Position numbers and translations under genes: made by a program. The notes below the pieces were generated by a model that saw only the letters and a list, made by a program, of their open reading frames with translations, did no database searches and was not told where the DNA came from. From contig CAIQUS010000175.1 of NCBI GenBank assembly GCA_903875045.1, positions 10,409 through 74,408 of the forward strand: 64,000 nt of DNA, read 5' to 3'. Position 1 is the stretch's first letter, and every line of letters starts with the position of its first letter. This document shows positions 34,866-44,108 of the stretch, one piece after another. This DNA is from an uncultured Bacteroidales bacterium (GTDB lineage: Bacteria; Bacteroidota; Bacteroidia; Bacteroidales; FEN-979).

Positions 34866-37100
34866 ATGAAGAAGCATCTGATCGCCATATTGCTCTTTGC
34901 TGCAGTATTTGCCGGTGTCCTTTTCACCTGGCAAACCATTAGACGCGCTGACCGGGAACTGCGCGATGATTTGCTATTAAAAACCCGGATGGTCGCCCAT
35001 TCAGTAGATTTCGAACTTCTGAAGGCGCTGACAGGTACATCGTCTGACCTTGAAAAACCAGAATATCTAAAGATTAAGCAACAGCTTACCTTTATCAGGA
35101 ATGCCAATCCGCATTGCCGTTTCATTTATCTGATAGGCTGCAGGCCGGGCGATACCGTATTTTTCTTCGTCGACAGCGAGCCAGCAGGATCAAAGGATGA
35201 ATCACCCGCCGGGCAAATCTATGAGGATGTTCCCGACGACTATCGCCGTGTGTTTAAAACCGGTGTTGCTGTCACTGAAGGTCCTGCCACCGACCGCTGG
35301 GGCACCTGGCTCACAGGGCTCATTCCGATGGTTGATCCGGCATCGGGTAAAATTATCGCGGTGCTCTGTATGGATATTAATGCGAACACCTGGAAGTGGG
35401 ATGTTGCCGCAAGAGCGGCCCTTCCTGTTGGTTTAATGTTGTTGCTCCTGATTGTGATTGTAGCAGCTGCAAGGGATATCATTAGTCGTAAAAAGGCGGC
35501 GAAAGAACTTCTCATCGCAAAGGAGCAGGCAGATGCTGCCAGCAATGCCAAATCAGAATTTCTTGCCAACATGAGCCACGAAATTCGTACACCCCTCAAC
35601 GGTGTGATCGGGTTCACCGATTTACTGTTAAAAACCCCACTCAACGAAGTACAGCAGAAATATGTTGAAAATGTAAATATTTCAGGTCATTCATTGCTTG
35701 GCGTGATCAACGATATTCTTGACTTTTCAAAAATTGAAGCAGGAAAACTGGATATTGAAGTCATAAGAATGGATATCATTGAACTGGCCGAGCAGGCAAC
35801 CGACATTATCAAATATCAGGCAGGGAAAAAAGGGCTTGAACTTCTGCTCGACATTCAGCCTGATATGCCTCGCTTTGCTGTTGTTGACCCAATCCGGCTG
35901 AAACAGATACTGGTAAATCTTCTGGGAAATGCAGTGAAATTTACCGAATCAGGTGAAGTGCTGTTAAAGGTACACTTTACCCCGAAAGATACTGTATCAG
36001 GATTTTTCAGTTTTGCAATACGGGATACCGGAATCGGCATCAATGAGGAACAGAAAAAAAAGTTGTTTAAAGCCTTTTCCCAGGCCGATACTTCAACCAC
36101 CCGAAAATTCGGTGGCACCGGTCTTGGGCTTACAATTTCAAATATGCTTGCCGAAAAGATGGGAAGTAAAATTGAAGTGGAAAGTGAGATCGGGAAAGGC
36201 TCAAAATTCTTTTTTACAATTGAAACTATTTGTGGGTATGGTGAGAAGCTTGATTCACAAAGCCTTTCGCACATAAACAGGGTAATGGTCATCGATGATA
36301 ACGACCAAAACCGTTTGATCCTTGAGCGTGTCTTTGAAAGTTGGGGCATTGGTTTTACTGGTTGCAGCAACGGGCTGGATGCTCTGAAAATCATCGAACC
36401 GACTAACCCTTATGATGTAATTATTGTTGATTATCACATGCCATTTCTCAATGGTTTAACAACGATAAAACGAATTCGGGAGGATCTGAAACTCACTCCG
36501 GAAATGCAACCGGTAATCCTTTTGCATAGTGTGTCGGAAGATGAAGGGATTCATGATGAATGCAAAAGGCTTGGTGTAAGGTTTAACCTGCATAAACCCG
36601 TGAAATCCCAGGAATTGATCCAGTACCTTAAAAATCTTCACAAACATCCAAATTCTGAGTTGCCAGATGCTGAAAGGACAAAAAGGGAAGAAATTGTGCT
36701 ATCCGTCACCGGGGATCAGCCGGTCATTCTGATTGCTGAAGATGTAAAAATGAATATGATGCTGATCAAAGCTGTGATTGGTAAACTGCTGCCCGATGCT
36801 AAAATTATTGAGGCTGTCAATGGCAAAGAGGCGGTGGAAACAATCAGGAAGATCACACCAACATTGGTATTAATGGACGTTCAGATGCCTGTGATGGATG
36901 GTATTCATGCAACCATGGAGATAAGAAAAAATGAACAGCGTGGCCATGCGCATATTCCAATCATCGCACTTACCGCAGGAGCGCTGAAAACGGAAGAAGA
37001 GATTTGCCGAAATGCCGGAATGGATGATTTTCTGACTAAACCCATTGAACCGAAAGCACTGCAGACGATTTTAAAAAAATATTTAGCCTCTTCAGGGTAA
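34866..37100 (+). CDS. hybrid sensor kinase: 2-TM periplasmic sensor - HisKA/HATPase - REC - REC
   Basis: Start at [20 protein letters not shown] (34866). A ~190-aa periplasmic domain lies between TM1 and TM2 ([17 protein letters not shown]). H-box [11 protein letters not shown]. Two complete receivers (VIDDNDQN...VDYHMP and IAEDVKMN...[11 protein letters not shown]). Confidence 0.9.
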   Translation: MKKHLIAILLFAAVFAGVLFTWQTIRRADRELRDDLLLKTRMVAHSVDFELLKALTGTSSDLEKPEYLKIKQQLTFIRNANPHCRFIYLIGCRPGDTVFFFVDSEPAGSKDESPAGQIYEDVPDDYRRVFKTGVAVTEGPATDRWGTWLTGLIPMVDPASGKIIAVLCMDINANTWKWDVAARAALPVGLMLLLLIVIVAAARDIISRKKAAKELLIAKEQADAASNAKSEFLANMSHEIRTPLNGVIGFTDLLLKTPLNEVQQKYVENVNISGHSLLGVINDILDFSKIEAGKLDIEVIRMDIIELAEQATDIIKYQAGKKGLELLLDIQPDMPRFAVVDPIRLKQILVNLLGNAVKFTESGEVLLKVHFTPKDTVSGFFSFAIRDTGIGINEEQKKKLFKAFSQADTSTTRKFGGTGLGLTISNMLAEKMGSKIEVESEIGKGSKFFFTIETICGYGEKLDSQSLSHINRVMVIDDNDQNRLILERVFESWGIGFTGCSNGLDALKIIEPTNPYDVIIVDYHMPFLNGLTTIKRIREDLKLTPEMQPVILLHSVSEDEGIHDECKRLGVRFNLHKPVKSQELIQYLKNLHKHPNSELPDAERTKREEIVLSVTGDQPVILIAEDVKMNMMLIKAVIGKLLPDAKIIEAVNGKEAVETIRKITPTLVLMDVQMPVMDGIHATMEIRKNEQRGHAHIPIIALTAGALKTEEEICRNAGMDDFLTKPIEPKALQTILKKYLASSG

Positions 37101-37163
37101 GGATCAAAGGCAATTTTGATTGCTTGCCTGAAACAGGGTTTTGCTTCAACAAAAAAATAAAAT

Positions 37164-38690
37164 ATGATCGCTGACCCAATTGATAACAAATCACCTTCAG
37201 AATCCCTGAACAGCCTTCGGTTTAGTGAAATATTCAACCTCGAAGAACTTCAGCGAATGCAGGATTTGCTCTCTGATTCTACAGGGATTTCGTCAGTGAT
37301 TAAGCTAACTGATGGTACACCGGTTACCAGGCCAAGCATTTTTCAACCGCAGCATCATGAAATGGCTCCTTTCCCGGAAACATGGAGTAATGCTGCAACC
37401 ATTGAACTGGATGGTAAACCTGTTGCCAGTTGGCTGATCAGCTATGAAAAAAATGGGGAGACGGATGAACAGAACACATTGCATCTGAACAAGGCTGCAC
37501 AGTTGTTATCGGCCTATTCCAATGAAATTTCATCAAAGGCCAACAATCATTTGAAGCAGCTTCAACGAATTGATGAGATTGAGAAGAAAAATGCATTGTT
37601 GAAAGAAAATGAGGAAAAACTCAAAGCATTATTTGAAACGATGCCAAATGGGTTTTACCGCTCTACACCCGACGGATATTATGTTGATGCAAATCTGGCC
37701 ATGGTGAAAATGCTGGGGTATGATTCCAAAGAGGAACTCCTGAAGGTCTATATTCCAACCGACATTTATGTAAGTCCTGCAGAAAGAGACGATTTCAACA
37801 GATCAAATGAAGATTTTATCAGTGATTTTGAAGTTTACCGCCTGAAAACCAAAGATGGACGGATAATATGGCTTGAGGACAATGCCAGATATATCAGGGA
37901 CGAAAACGGGAAATTAATTTACAATGAAGGAATTTGTCGCGACATTACTGACCGCCTGAGATCTGAAGCTGAAATTAAACTTCAGAATGAGCAGCTTATA
38001 AAATTAAATGCAGAAAAAGACAAATTCTTCTCCATCATCGCCCACGACCTGCGCAGCCCCTTCAATAGTTTCCTGGGACTTACCAAAATAATGGCAGAAG
38101 AACTTCCTTCGCTCACCATGGCCGAAATACAGATGTTTGCAGTCAGTATGGAGAAATCAGCCGCCAATCTGTTCCGGTTGCTCGAAAACCTGCTTCAATG
38201 GGCAAGAATGCAGCAAGGGTTAATTCCAATCAACCAGGAGGTTGTTAGCTTACTCCCCGTTGTGGATGAAAGCATTGAAATGATGCTTGAACAGGCAAAA
38301 ACCAAAAATATTGCCATTAAGAATGATATTCCTGACGATTTAAAAGTATTTGCAGATAGCAATATCCTACAAACTGTGATCAGAAACCTCGTATCGAATG
38401 CGGTGAAATTTACCCTCAAAGGAGGAAATATTACCCTTTCTGCAAATGAAACCGGAAATAACTGCATCGAAATATCTATAAGAGATTCCGGAATTGGGAT
38501 GGACCACGCCATCATGGATAATTTATTCAGGCTCGATGTTCAAACAAGCAGAAAAGGCACCGATGGCGAACCAAGCAGCGGACTCGGGTTGATCCTCTGC
38601 AAAGATTTCATTGAAAAACATGGAGGGAATTTAAGAGTAGAAAGCGAAGAAGGAAAAGGCTCAACTTTTTATTTTACAATACCCTATTAG
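37164..38690 (+). CDS. histidine kinase with degenerate PocR-like domain - PAS - HisKA/HATPase (class-B transmitter)
   Basis: The N-terminus FSEIFNLEELQRMQDLLSDSTGISSVIKLTDGTPVTRPS aligns with the PocR domains of 14011 and 16114, but the Cys-containing core is missing. H-box FFSIIAHDLRSPFNSFLG. C-terminus GEPSSGLGLILCKDFIEKHGG. Confidence 0.85.
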   Translation: MIADPIDNKSPSESLNSLRFSEIFNLEELQRMQDLLSDSTGISSVIKLTDGTPVTRPSIFQPQHHEMAPFPETWSNAATIELDGKPVASWLISYEKNGETDEQNTLHLNKAAQLLSAYSNEISSKANNHLKQLQRIDEIEKKNALLKENEEKLKALFETMPNGFYRSTPDGYYVDANLAMVKMLGYDSKEELLKVYIPTDIYVSPAERDDFNRSNEDFISDFEVYRLKTKDGRIIWLEDNARYIRDENGKLIYNEGICRDITDRLRSEAEIKLQNEQLIKLNAEKDKFFSIIAHDLRSPFNSFLGLTKIMAEELPSLTMAEIQMFAVSMEKSAANLFRLLENLLQWARMQQGLIPINQEVVSLLPVVDESIEMMLEQAKTKNIAIKNDIPDDLKVFADSNILQTVIRNLVSNAVKFTLKGGNITLSANETGNNCIEISIRDSGIGMDHAIMDNLFRLDVQTSRKGTDGEPSSGLGLILCKDFIEKHGGNLRVESEEGKGSTFYFTIPY

Positions 38691-38693
38691 AAT

Positions 38694-40697
38694 ATGAAAA
38701 AACTATTGCCATTTTTTTTCCTTTTGATGCCATGCACAGAATCACCTGCACAAAAACAAGGTAATGAACTCATTGATTCATTGACATGGAGACTGAAAAG
38801 TGCCATTGAGGATACAGGCAAGGTGAGATTATTAGGAAAATTATCCTTCCAGTATTACAGGTTTGATACCGACAGCGGGATTTATTATGCTGAAAAAGCC
38901 ATCATGCTTGCTGAACAGCTGAATTGGGACTTAGGCCTGGCATTTTCCTATAATTATCTGGGCACCAATTATGCAGTAAAGGGTAATTACCCGAAGGCAT
39001 TGGAGTATTTTCATAAATCCCTGTCAAAATATACGGCCATTGGCGACAAACAAGGCGTAGCATTTTTATGCAACAATCTGGGCAACTTTTATCGGATCCG
39101 AAAAGAATTTCCTAAAGCCATTGAATTCATCCAAAAAGCAATTGCGATCAACATAAATGGGAATAATAAACTGGACCTGGCAAAAAATTACAACAACCTG
39201 GGGTCTGTGTACAATTTAATGGCCAATTATCCGAAATCAAATGATTTTTACCTGCGGGCATTAAGCCTGGCCCGTGAAATCAATAATCAGGAACTTGTCG
39301 CATTGCTCCTGACCAACATTGCTGAGAACAAATCAAAAATGAAAGACTATTGCGAGGCCCTTGAATTGGGACTGGAAGCCATTAAAATAAGCGAGGAGTT
39401 GGATGCTGATTACGACCGCGCCGTTTATTGCGGATACGTTGCGGAAATATATTTTTTAATTGCCAGTGATAGCGTAAAGGTTACCAGGCAATGCCGCTAT
39501 TATTTTCTTGACAAGCATAAGGATCTGCTATATGCAGAAAAGTATCTGATAATTTCGATCCAATTGTTAGAGAAGATCAATGACCAGGCCCTGTTGTCGG
39601 AGAATTCACTGCTGCTTTCACAGGTCTACGAGAAATTAGGCGATGATAAAAATGCACTGGTGTACTATAAGAAATATTCGACAAATAAAGATTCGGTATT
39701 TTCCAATGATAACAATGTTAAAATTGCCATCATCGAAAAAAAGCGGGAAGTTGAACTTAAGGATCAGCAGATTATCATTCAACAGCTGATGATTGAAAAA
39801 AAGAATGCCCTCATTGCCACCCAGGTTGTTCTTCTCATCCTGTTTGTGCTCATGACTGCACTCATTTCCTACTACTTTTATAGAAAAAGAAAAAAGCAAA
39901 AGGCAATTCGTATCGAAGAGGAGAGAAAAAAGGAACAGAATGATATCCTCAAACAGAATGAAATATTGGAGTCAAGGGTGGCCGAGCGTACCAGACAACT
40001 TGAAAGTATCAATAGAGAGCTCACTTTCCATACCAATGAAATTGAACAGTTTACCTACATTGCTACCCATGACCTGCAGGAACCTTTGCGTACACTCAGT
40101 AGTTTTAGCGGCATTATCAAAGAGGAATATGGCGGAAAACTCGATGATGACGGAAATAAATATATTGACTTTATTTACCAGTCATCAAACCGGATGACAG
40201 AACTGGTAAGGGGTTTACTTGAGTTTTCCCTATTGGGAAAGACACGCGAAACGACCATTGTTGATTGCAATGATGTCGTTGCCGAAGTGCTTGCCGATAT
40301 GGGTGGTTCTATTCAGGAAAGTAATGCCAGGATAACCGTACAGGATCTTCCCATGGTAAACGGATGTGCCACAGAATTAAGGCTGTTATTCCAGAATCTG
40401 ATCAACAATGCCATCAAATATCGGAACAGGGATGTTCCCCCGGAAATAACCATTTCAGCGGAAAAGCACCATCAGGAATGGGTCTTTGCGATCCATGACA
40501 ATGGCATTGGAATTCCGGAAAAAGATCGTGAAAGAATTTTCATCATTTTCAAACGGTTGCATAATCGGAATGAGTATGGTGGAACTGGCATCGGACTGGC
40601 ACATTGTAAGAAAATAGTGGAATTGCATGGGGGAAATATCCGGGTAGAACCTGGGAAGGAGAATGGATCCATTTTCAAATTTTCAATTCCGGTATGA
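38694..40697 (+). CDS. TPR-repeat / single-TM histidine kinase (class-C transmitter)
   Basis: Signal peptide, then about seven TPR-like repeats (AFSYNYLGTNYAVKGNYPKALEYFHKSL and similar). TM ALIATQVVLLILFVLMTALISYYF. H-box FTYIATHDLQEPLRT. TGIGLAHCKKIVELHGG. Confidence 0.9.
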   Translation: MKKLLPFFFLLMPCTESPAQKQGNELIDSLTWRLKSAIEDTGKVRLLGKLSFQYYRFDTDSGIYYAEKAIMLAEQLNWDLGLAFSYNYLGTNYAVKGNYPKALEYFHKSLSKYTAIGDKQGVAFLCNNLGNFYRIRKEFPKAIEFIQKAIAININGNNKLDLAKNYNNLGSVYNLMANYPKSNDFYLRALSLAREINNQELVALLLTNIAENKSKMKDYCEALELGLEAIKISEELDADYDRAVYCGYVAEIYFLIASDSVKVTRQCRYYFLDKHKDLLYAEKYLIISIQLLEKINDQALLSENSLLLSQVYEKLGDDKNALVYYKKYSTNKDSVFSNDNNVKIAIIEKKREVELKDQQIIIQQLMIEKKNALIATQVVLLILFVLMTALISYYFYRKRKKQKAIRIEEERKKEQNDILKQNEILESRVAERTRQLESINRELTFHTNEIEQFTYIATHDLQEPLRTLSSFSGIIKEEYGGKLDDDGNKYIDFIYQSSNRMTELVRGLLEFSLLGKTRETTIVDCNDVVAEVLADMGGSIQESNARITVQDLPMVNGCATELRLLFQNLINNAIKYRNRDVPPEITISAEKHHQEWVFAIHDNGIGIPEKDRERIFIIFKRLHNRNEYGGTGIGLAHCKKIVELHGGNIRVEPGKENGSIFKFSIPV

Positions 40698-40773
40698 AAA
40701 ACAGCAGGAAAATATCATAGTAACCAGGGTCATTCAAAAGGGTAATGTCATGATTGCGTAAGGCTTGTCATAT

Positions 40774-42558
40774 ATGATTAATAACTTACAAATGAGAAAT
40801 TTAGGCATATATTCACGAATACTGATCATGATCATATTAACCGGTCTGTTTTTCTTAATTCTTTTAACAATATTTTACCTGACGAACAAGAAGCAGGAAG
40901 ATTTATTACATCGTTCATCCCAGGCGCAGTACAACAATGAAGTGAACTCTTTACTCATACTAAAAACAGCAACGATCAAACAAGTTGTGTTTGATTATAC
41001 TTTCTGGAATGAATTTGTGGCAAATATCTATAAAAACGATACCGTTTGGTTCGAAAATAACATTTCAACCGTTCTCAAATCCTTCCATTTTGACTATATA
41101 TGTGTTTTTGACACCAATTTTAATCTTGTTCATGAAGCTTCTGAAGGAGGAATTGTTACGCCTGGTTTTATTTCCAGTGAAATTTTGAAAGAGGTCAGAA
41201 AAACAAAATTCATACACTTTTTTCAAAATACGGATAATGGATTGATTGAGATTAGTGGTGCCACCATTCATCCCGACAATGATCCTTCACACACCCTCAC
41301 AAAACCAAGTGGTTATTTATTCATAGTGAAAAGCTGGAATCGAAACTTTCTGGAGCAATTGATGGAGCTTAGTGTTTCAAAAATTGAGATCTACTTTCAT
41401 TCTGATTCGATCCCCAACAATGATCCTAACGCCATTGCGGCAGTAAAACGACTCCCCGGCTGGAATGATGAATGCGCAGCCCAGATCGTTTTTACAAGAA
41501 CCCTCACTTCCTTCCAGCTATACCATAAAATGTCAGTGGTAATCATGCTGGTCATGTTAGGCTCTGTGTTGGGTACCTGGTTTGTTTTTCATATGATGAC
41601 ACGAAAGTTGATCAATGAACCATTAAAACTGGTAACACATATCCTGAAAACGGGAAGTCTGAAACATATCAGTGAACTTCAGCAGTGCAAAGGTGAGTTC
41701 AGGGATATCGGGATGCTTTTTAGCAATTTCATTAACCAGAAGGATCAGCTCAGGCTTGCCAAGGAAAATGCGGATGAGGCTCACAACCGATACATCACTG
41801 AACGATTGCAGGCAGATAAAGAAATTCTTGAATTAAATGAGAATCTCGACCATCTTGTCAAACAACGTACAGCCGAACTTGAAACCGCAAACAGGGAGCT
41901 TGAAACTTTCTCGTTCTCTGTTTCACATGATTTAAAAACGCCATTAAGGCATATTACCGGGTATATTGGTCTTTTTACAGAAAGTAAATCAGCAGAACTC
42001 ACTGAGGACGAATCAGGATACCTTAAAAAAATTACCATTGCAGCCACACAGATGTCCCAGCTGATTGATGCATTGTTGACATTTTCAAGGCTCAACCTTA
42101 CCCAATTGAGAAAAACAAAGATTTCTTCAAATGATATGGTTCTTCAGGTTCTTAACTTCTTTGAACCGGATCTGACAAATCGAAAAATCTCATTCAACAT
42201 AGCACCTCTGCCCGATATAAAAGGCGATGAGGATATGATCCGGCAAGTCTGGACGAACCTGATATCAAATGCAATAAAATATACCGGCAAAAAACCTGAA
42301 GCAATTATTGAAATTGGCAGTGAGACAAATAACGGCGAAACAACCTTTTTTGTGAAAGATAACGGTGCAGGCTTTAACATGAAATACGCCGAAAAATTAT
42401 TTAATGTTTTCCAGCGGTTGCATAAACCCAGGGATTTTGAAGGAATCGGGATTGGACTAGCCAATGTAAACCGGATCGTAAAGCGCCATGGGGGCCAATG
42501 TCGCGCCGAAGGTGAGCCGGACAAAGGAGCAGTGTTCTATTTTAGTTTACCGGAATAA
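40774..42558 (+). CDS. CHASE4-like extracytoplasmic sensor histidine kinase (class-A transmitter)
   Basis: TM1 ILIMIILTGLFFLILLTIFYL. A sensor segment with the CHASE4-like pattern DYTFWNEFVANIYKND...FDYICVFDTNFNLVHEA. TM2. H-box FSFSVSHDLKTPLRHITGY. Start ATG 40774 or 40792; the track gives TTG 40765. Confidence 0.85.
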   Translation: MINNLQMRNLGIYSRILIMIILTGLFFLILLTIFYLTNKKQEDLLHRSSQAQYNNEVNSLLILKTATIKQVVFDYTFWNEFVANIYKNDTVWFENNISTVLKSFHFDYICVFDTNFNLVHEASEGGIVTPGFISSEILKEVRKTKFIHFFQNTDNGLIEISGATIHPDNDPSHTLTKPSGYLFIVKSWNRNFLEQLMELSVSKIEIYFHSDSIPNNDPNAIAAVKRLPGWNDECAAQIVFTRTLTSFQLYHKMSVVIMLVMLGSVLGTWFVFHMMTRKLINEPLKLVTHILKTGSLKHISELQQCKGEFRDIGMLFSNFINQKDQLRLAKENADEAHNRYITERLQADKEILELNENLDHLVKQRTAELETANRELETFSFSVSHDLKTPLRHITGYIGLFTESKSAELTEDESGYLKKITIAATQMSQLIDALLTFSRLNLTQLRKTKISSNDMVLQVLNFFEPDLTNRKISFNIAPLPDIKGDEDMIRQVWTNLISNAIKYTGKKPEAIIEIGSETNNGETTFFVKDNGAGFNMKYAEKLFNVFQRLHKPRDFEGIGIGLANVNRIVKRHGGQCRAEGEPDKGAVFYFSLPE

Positions 42559-42571
42559 TTTGCAATATGCC

Positions 42572-44062
42572 ATGACGAAAAAATATCTGCTATACATGGT
42601 CATCATCTGGGTAATGGTGATCACAATATCATTCTCCTGGAATTATTACATCATCAGATCCGGTACGTTAGAACTTGTTATGAACAAGGCACATTCATTT
42701 TTCAGCCAGATAGTTGTTACCCGGGCCTGGAATTCATCACATGGCGGAATATACGTGCCGGTAACGGTAAAAACTCAGCCAAACCCTTATTTAAGTGATT
42801 CATTGAGGGATGTAGTCACCATTGATGGCTTAAAACTGACCAAAATCAATCCGGCATTTATGACTCGTCAAATTGCTGAAATCAATAATGTTGAGAATGA
42901 GTTGCGGTTTCATATCACCAGTTTGAATCCGATCAGGCCGGGAAACATAGCCGATCAATGGGAAAATAAGGTGTTGAAGGGGTTTGAACGGAATAAAGAT
43001 GAAATTCTGGAATTGGTGCAAAACGACTCTGTGTCCGAATACCGTTACATGGCACCTTTGATAACAGCTAAAAGTTGTCTGAAATGCCATGCCGTTCAAG
43101 GGTATGAGGAGGGCGACATCAGAGGGGGTATCAGTATTTCCTTCCCTTCAGCCCTTTATACAAATTCACAGGAGAGTCAGACATTTTACCTGTTAACAGC
43201 CCATTTACTGATTCTGATCCTTGGGCTTGCAGGATTGGCAAAATATTACAAAACAACCAGCCATTACTTTTCCGTGATTAAAATAAAAAATGATGAATTG
43301 GAAACCGAACGTAATTTGCTTCGTCAGGCCAACCTTGATTTGTCGAGACTGGTAGCCGAAAAGGATAAGTTTTTTTCAATCCTTGCACATGACCTGCGAA
43401 ACCCGTTCAATGGTTTTTTAGGGTTGACCGAGGTGATGGCCGATGATTTGCCCGATATGACCAGGGATGAAATTCATGGCATGGCTTTGAGCCTCAAGAA
43501 ATCGGCGATAAACGTATTCGGTCTTTTGGAAAATCTGCTTGACTGGTCGAGGATGGAACAAGGGTTGATTCCTTTCAATCCTGCTGAGATACAAATTCTT
43601 CCGATCATTGAGGAAAGCATTGTACCGGCCATGGAAGTTGCTAAAAATAAAGAGATCGGAATAACTTACGATATTCCGTCTGATTTAGTTGTTTTTGCTG
43701 ATCCAAATTTCATCCAGGCCATCGTCCGGAATCTTGTAATGAATGCGGTGAAATTTACTCCCCGGGGAGGCTTGGTCACAATTTCTGCTAAACCAACTGC
43801 ACATCGATTCATCGAAATTGCCATTCAAGATTCTGGCATCGGTATGTCGGAAGATATGGTTGATAATCTGTTTCACTTTGATGGTCAGACAAATAGAAAA
43901 GGGACAGCGGGTGAACCCAGTTCCGGCCTGGGATTGCTGATCTGCAAGGATTTTATCGAAAAGCATCACGGCAAGATGAGCGTAGAGAGTAAAGAAGGAT
44001 TAGGAAGTACTTTTTATTTTACATTACCAATCGGAAATGAACATGAAAAATCTGATCATTGA
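42572..44062 (+). CDS. c-type-heme (Tll0287/DUF3365-like) sensor histidine kinase (class-B transmitter)
   Basis: TM anchor, then the DUF3365 pattern NPAFMTRQ...LNPIRPGNIADQWE...YRYMAPLITAKSCLKCHAVQGYEEGDIRGGISISFP, with CxxCH at nt 43076-43090. TM2. H-box FFSILAHDLRNPFNGFLG. Confidence 0.85.
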   Translation: MTKKYLLYMVIIWVMVITISFSWNYYIIRSGTLELVMNKAHSFFSQIVVTRAWNSSHGGIYVPVTVKTQPNPYLSDSLRDVVTIDGLKLTKINPAFMTRQIAEINNVENELRFHITSLNPIRPGNIADQWENKVLKGFERNKDEILELVQNDSVSEYRYMAPLITAKSCLKCHAVQGYEEGDIRGGISISFPSALYTNSQESQTFYLLTAHLLILILGLAGLAKYYKTTSHYFSVIKIKNDELETERNLLRQANLDLSRLVAEKDKFFSILAHDLRNPFNGFLGLTEVMADDLPDMTRDEIHGMALSLKKSAINVFGLLENLLDWSRMEQGLIPFNPAEIQILPIIEESIVPAMEVAKNKEIGITYDIPSDLVVFADPNFIQAIVRNLVMNAVKFTPRGGLVTISAKPTAHRFIEIAIQDSGIGMSEDMVDNLFHFDGQTNRKGTAGEPSSGLGLLICKDFIEKHHGKMSVESKEGLGSTFYFTLPIGNEHEKSDH

Positions 44063-44108
44063 TTCTGGCCAGGAATCCCCAAATATTCACCCGGGCAATC
44101 CTTTCTTC

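Noticed and set aside
24518-36394. Longer antisense ORFs inside hybrid kinases (24518..24973, 151 aa; 35240..35644, 134 aa; 35855..36394, 179 aa)
   Set aside because: They are serine/arginine-rich, have no motifs, and are fully embedded opposite conserved HisKA/HATPase coding sequence.
15762-42524. Apparently conserved antisense ORFs inside kinase transmitter regions. Examples are 15762..16007, 18132..18518, 22747..23235 and 42144..42524, which share ...NPIPIPS...YFMLNPAPLS...
   Set aside because: Their similarity to one another is a by-product of the sense-strand paralogy of the class-A transmitters. The sequences are low-complexity, lack starts in conserved positions and overlap strongly supported genes.
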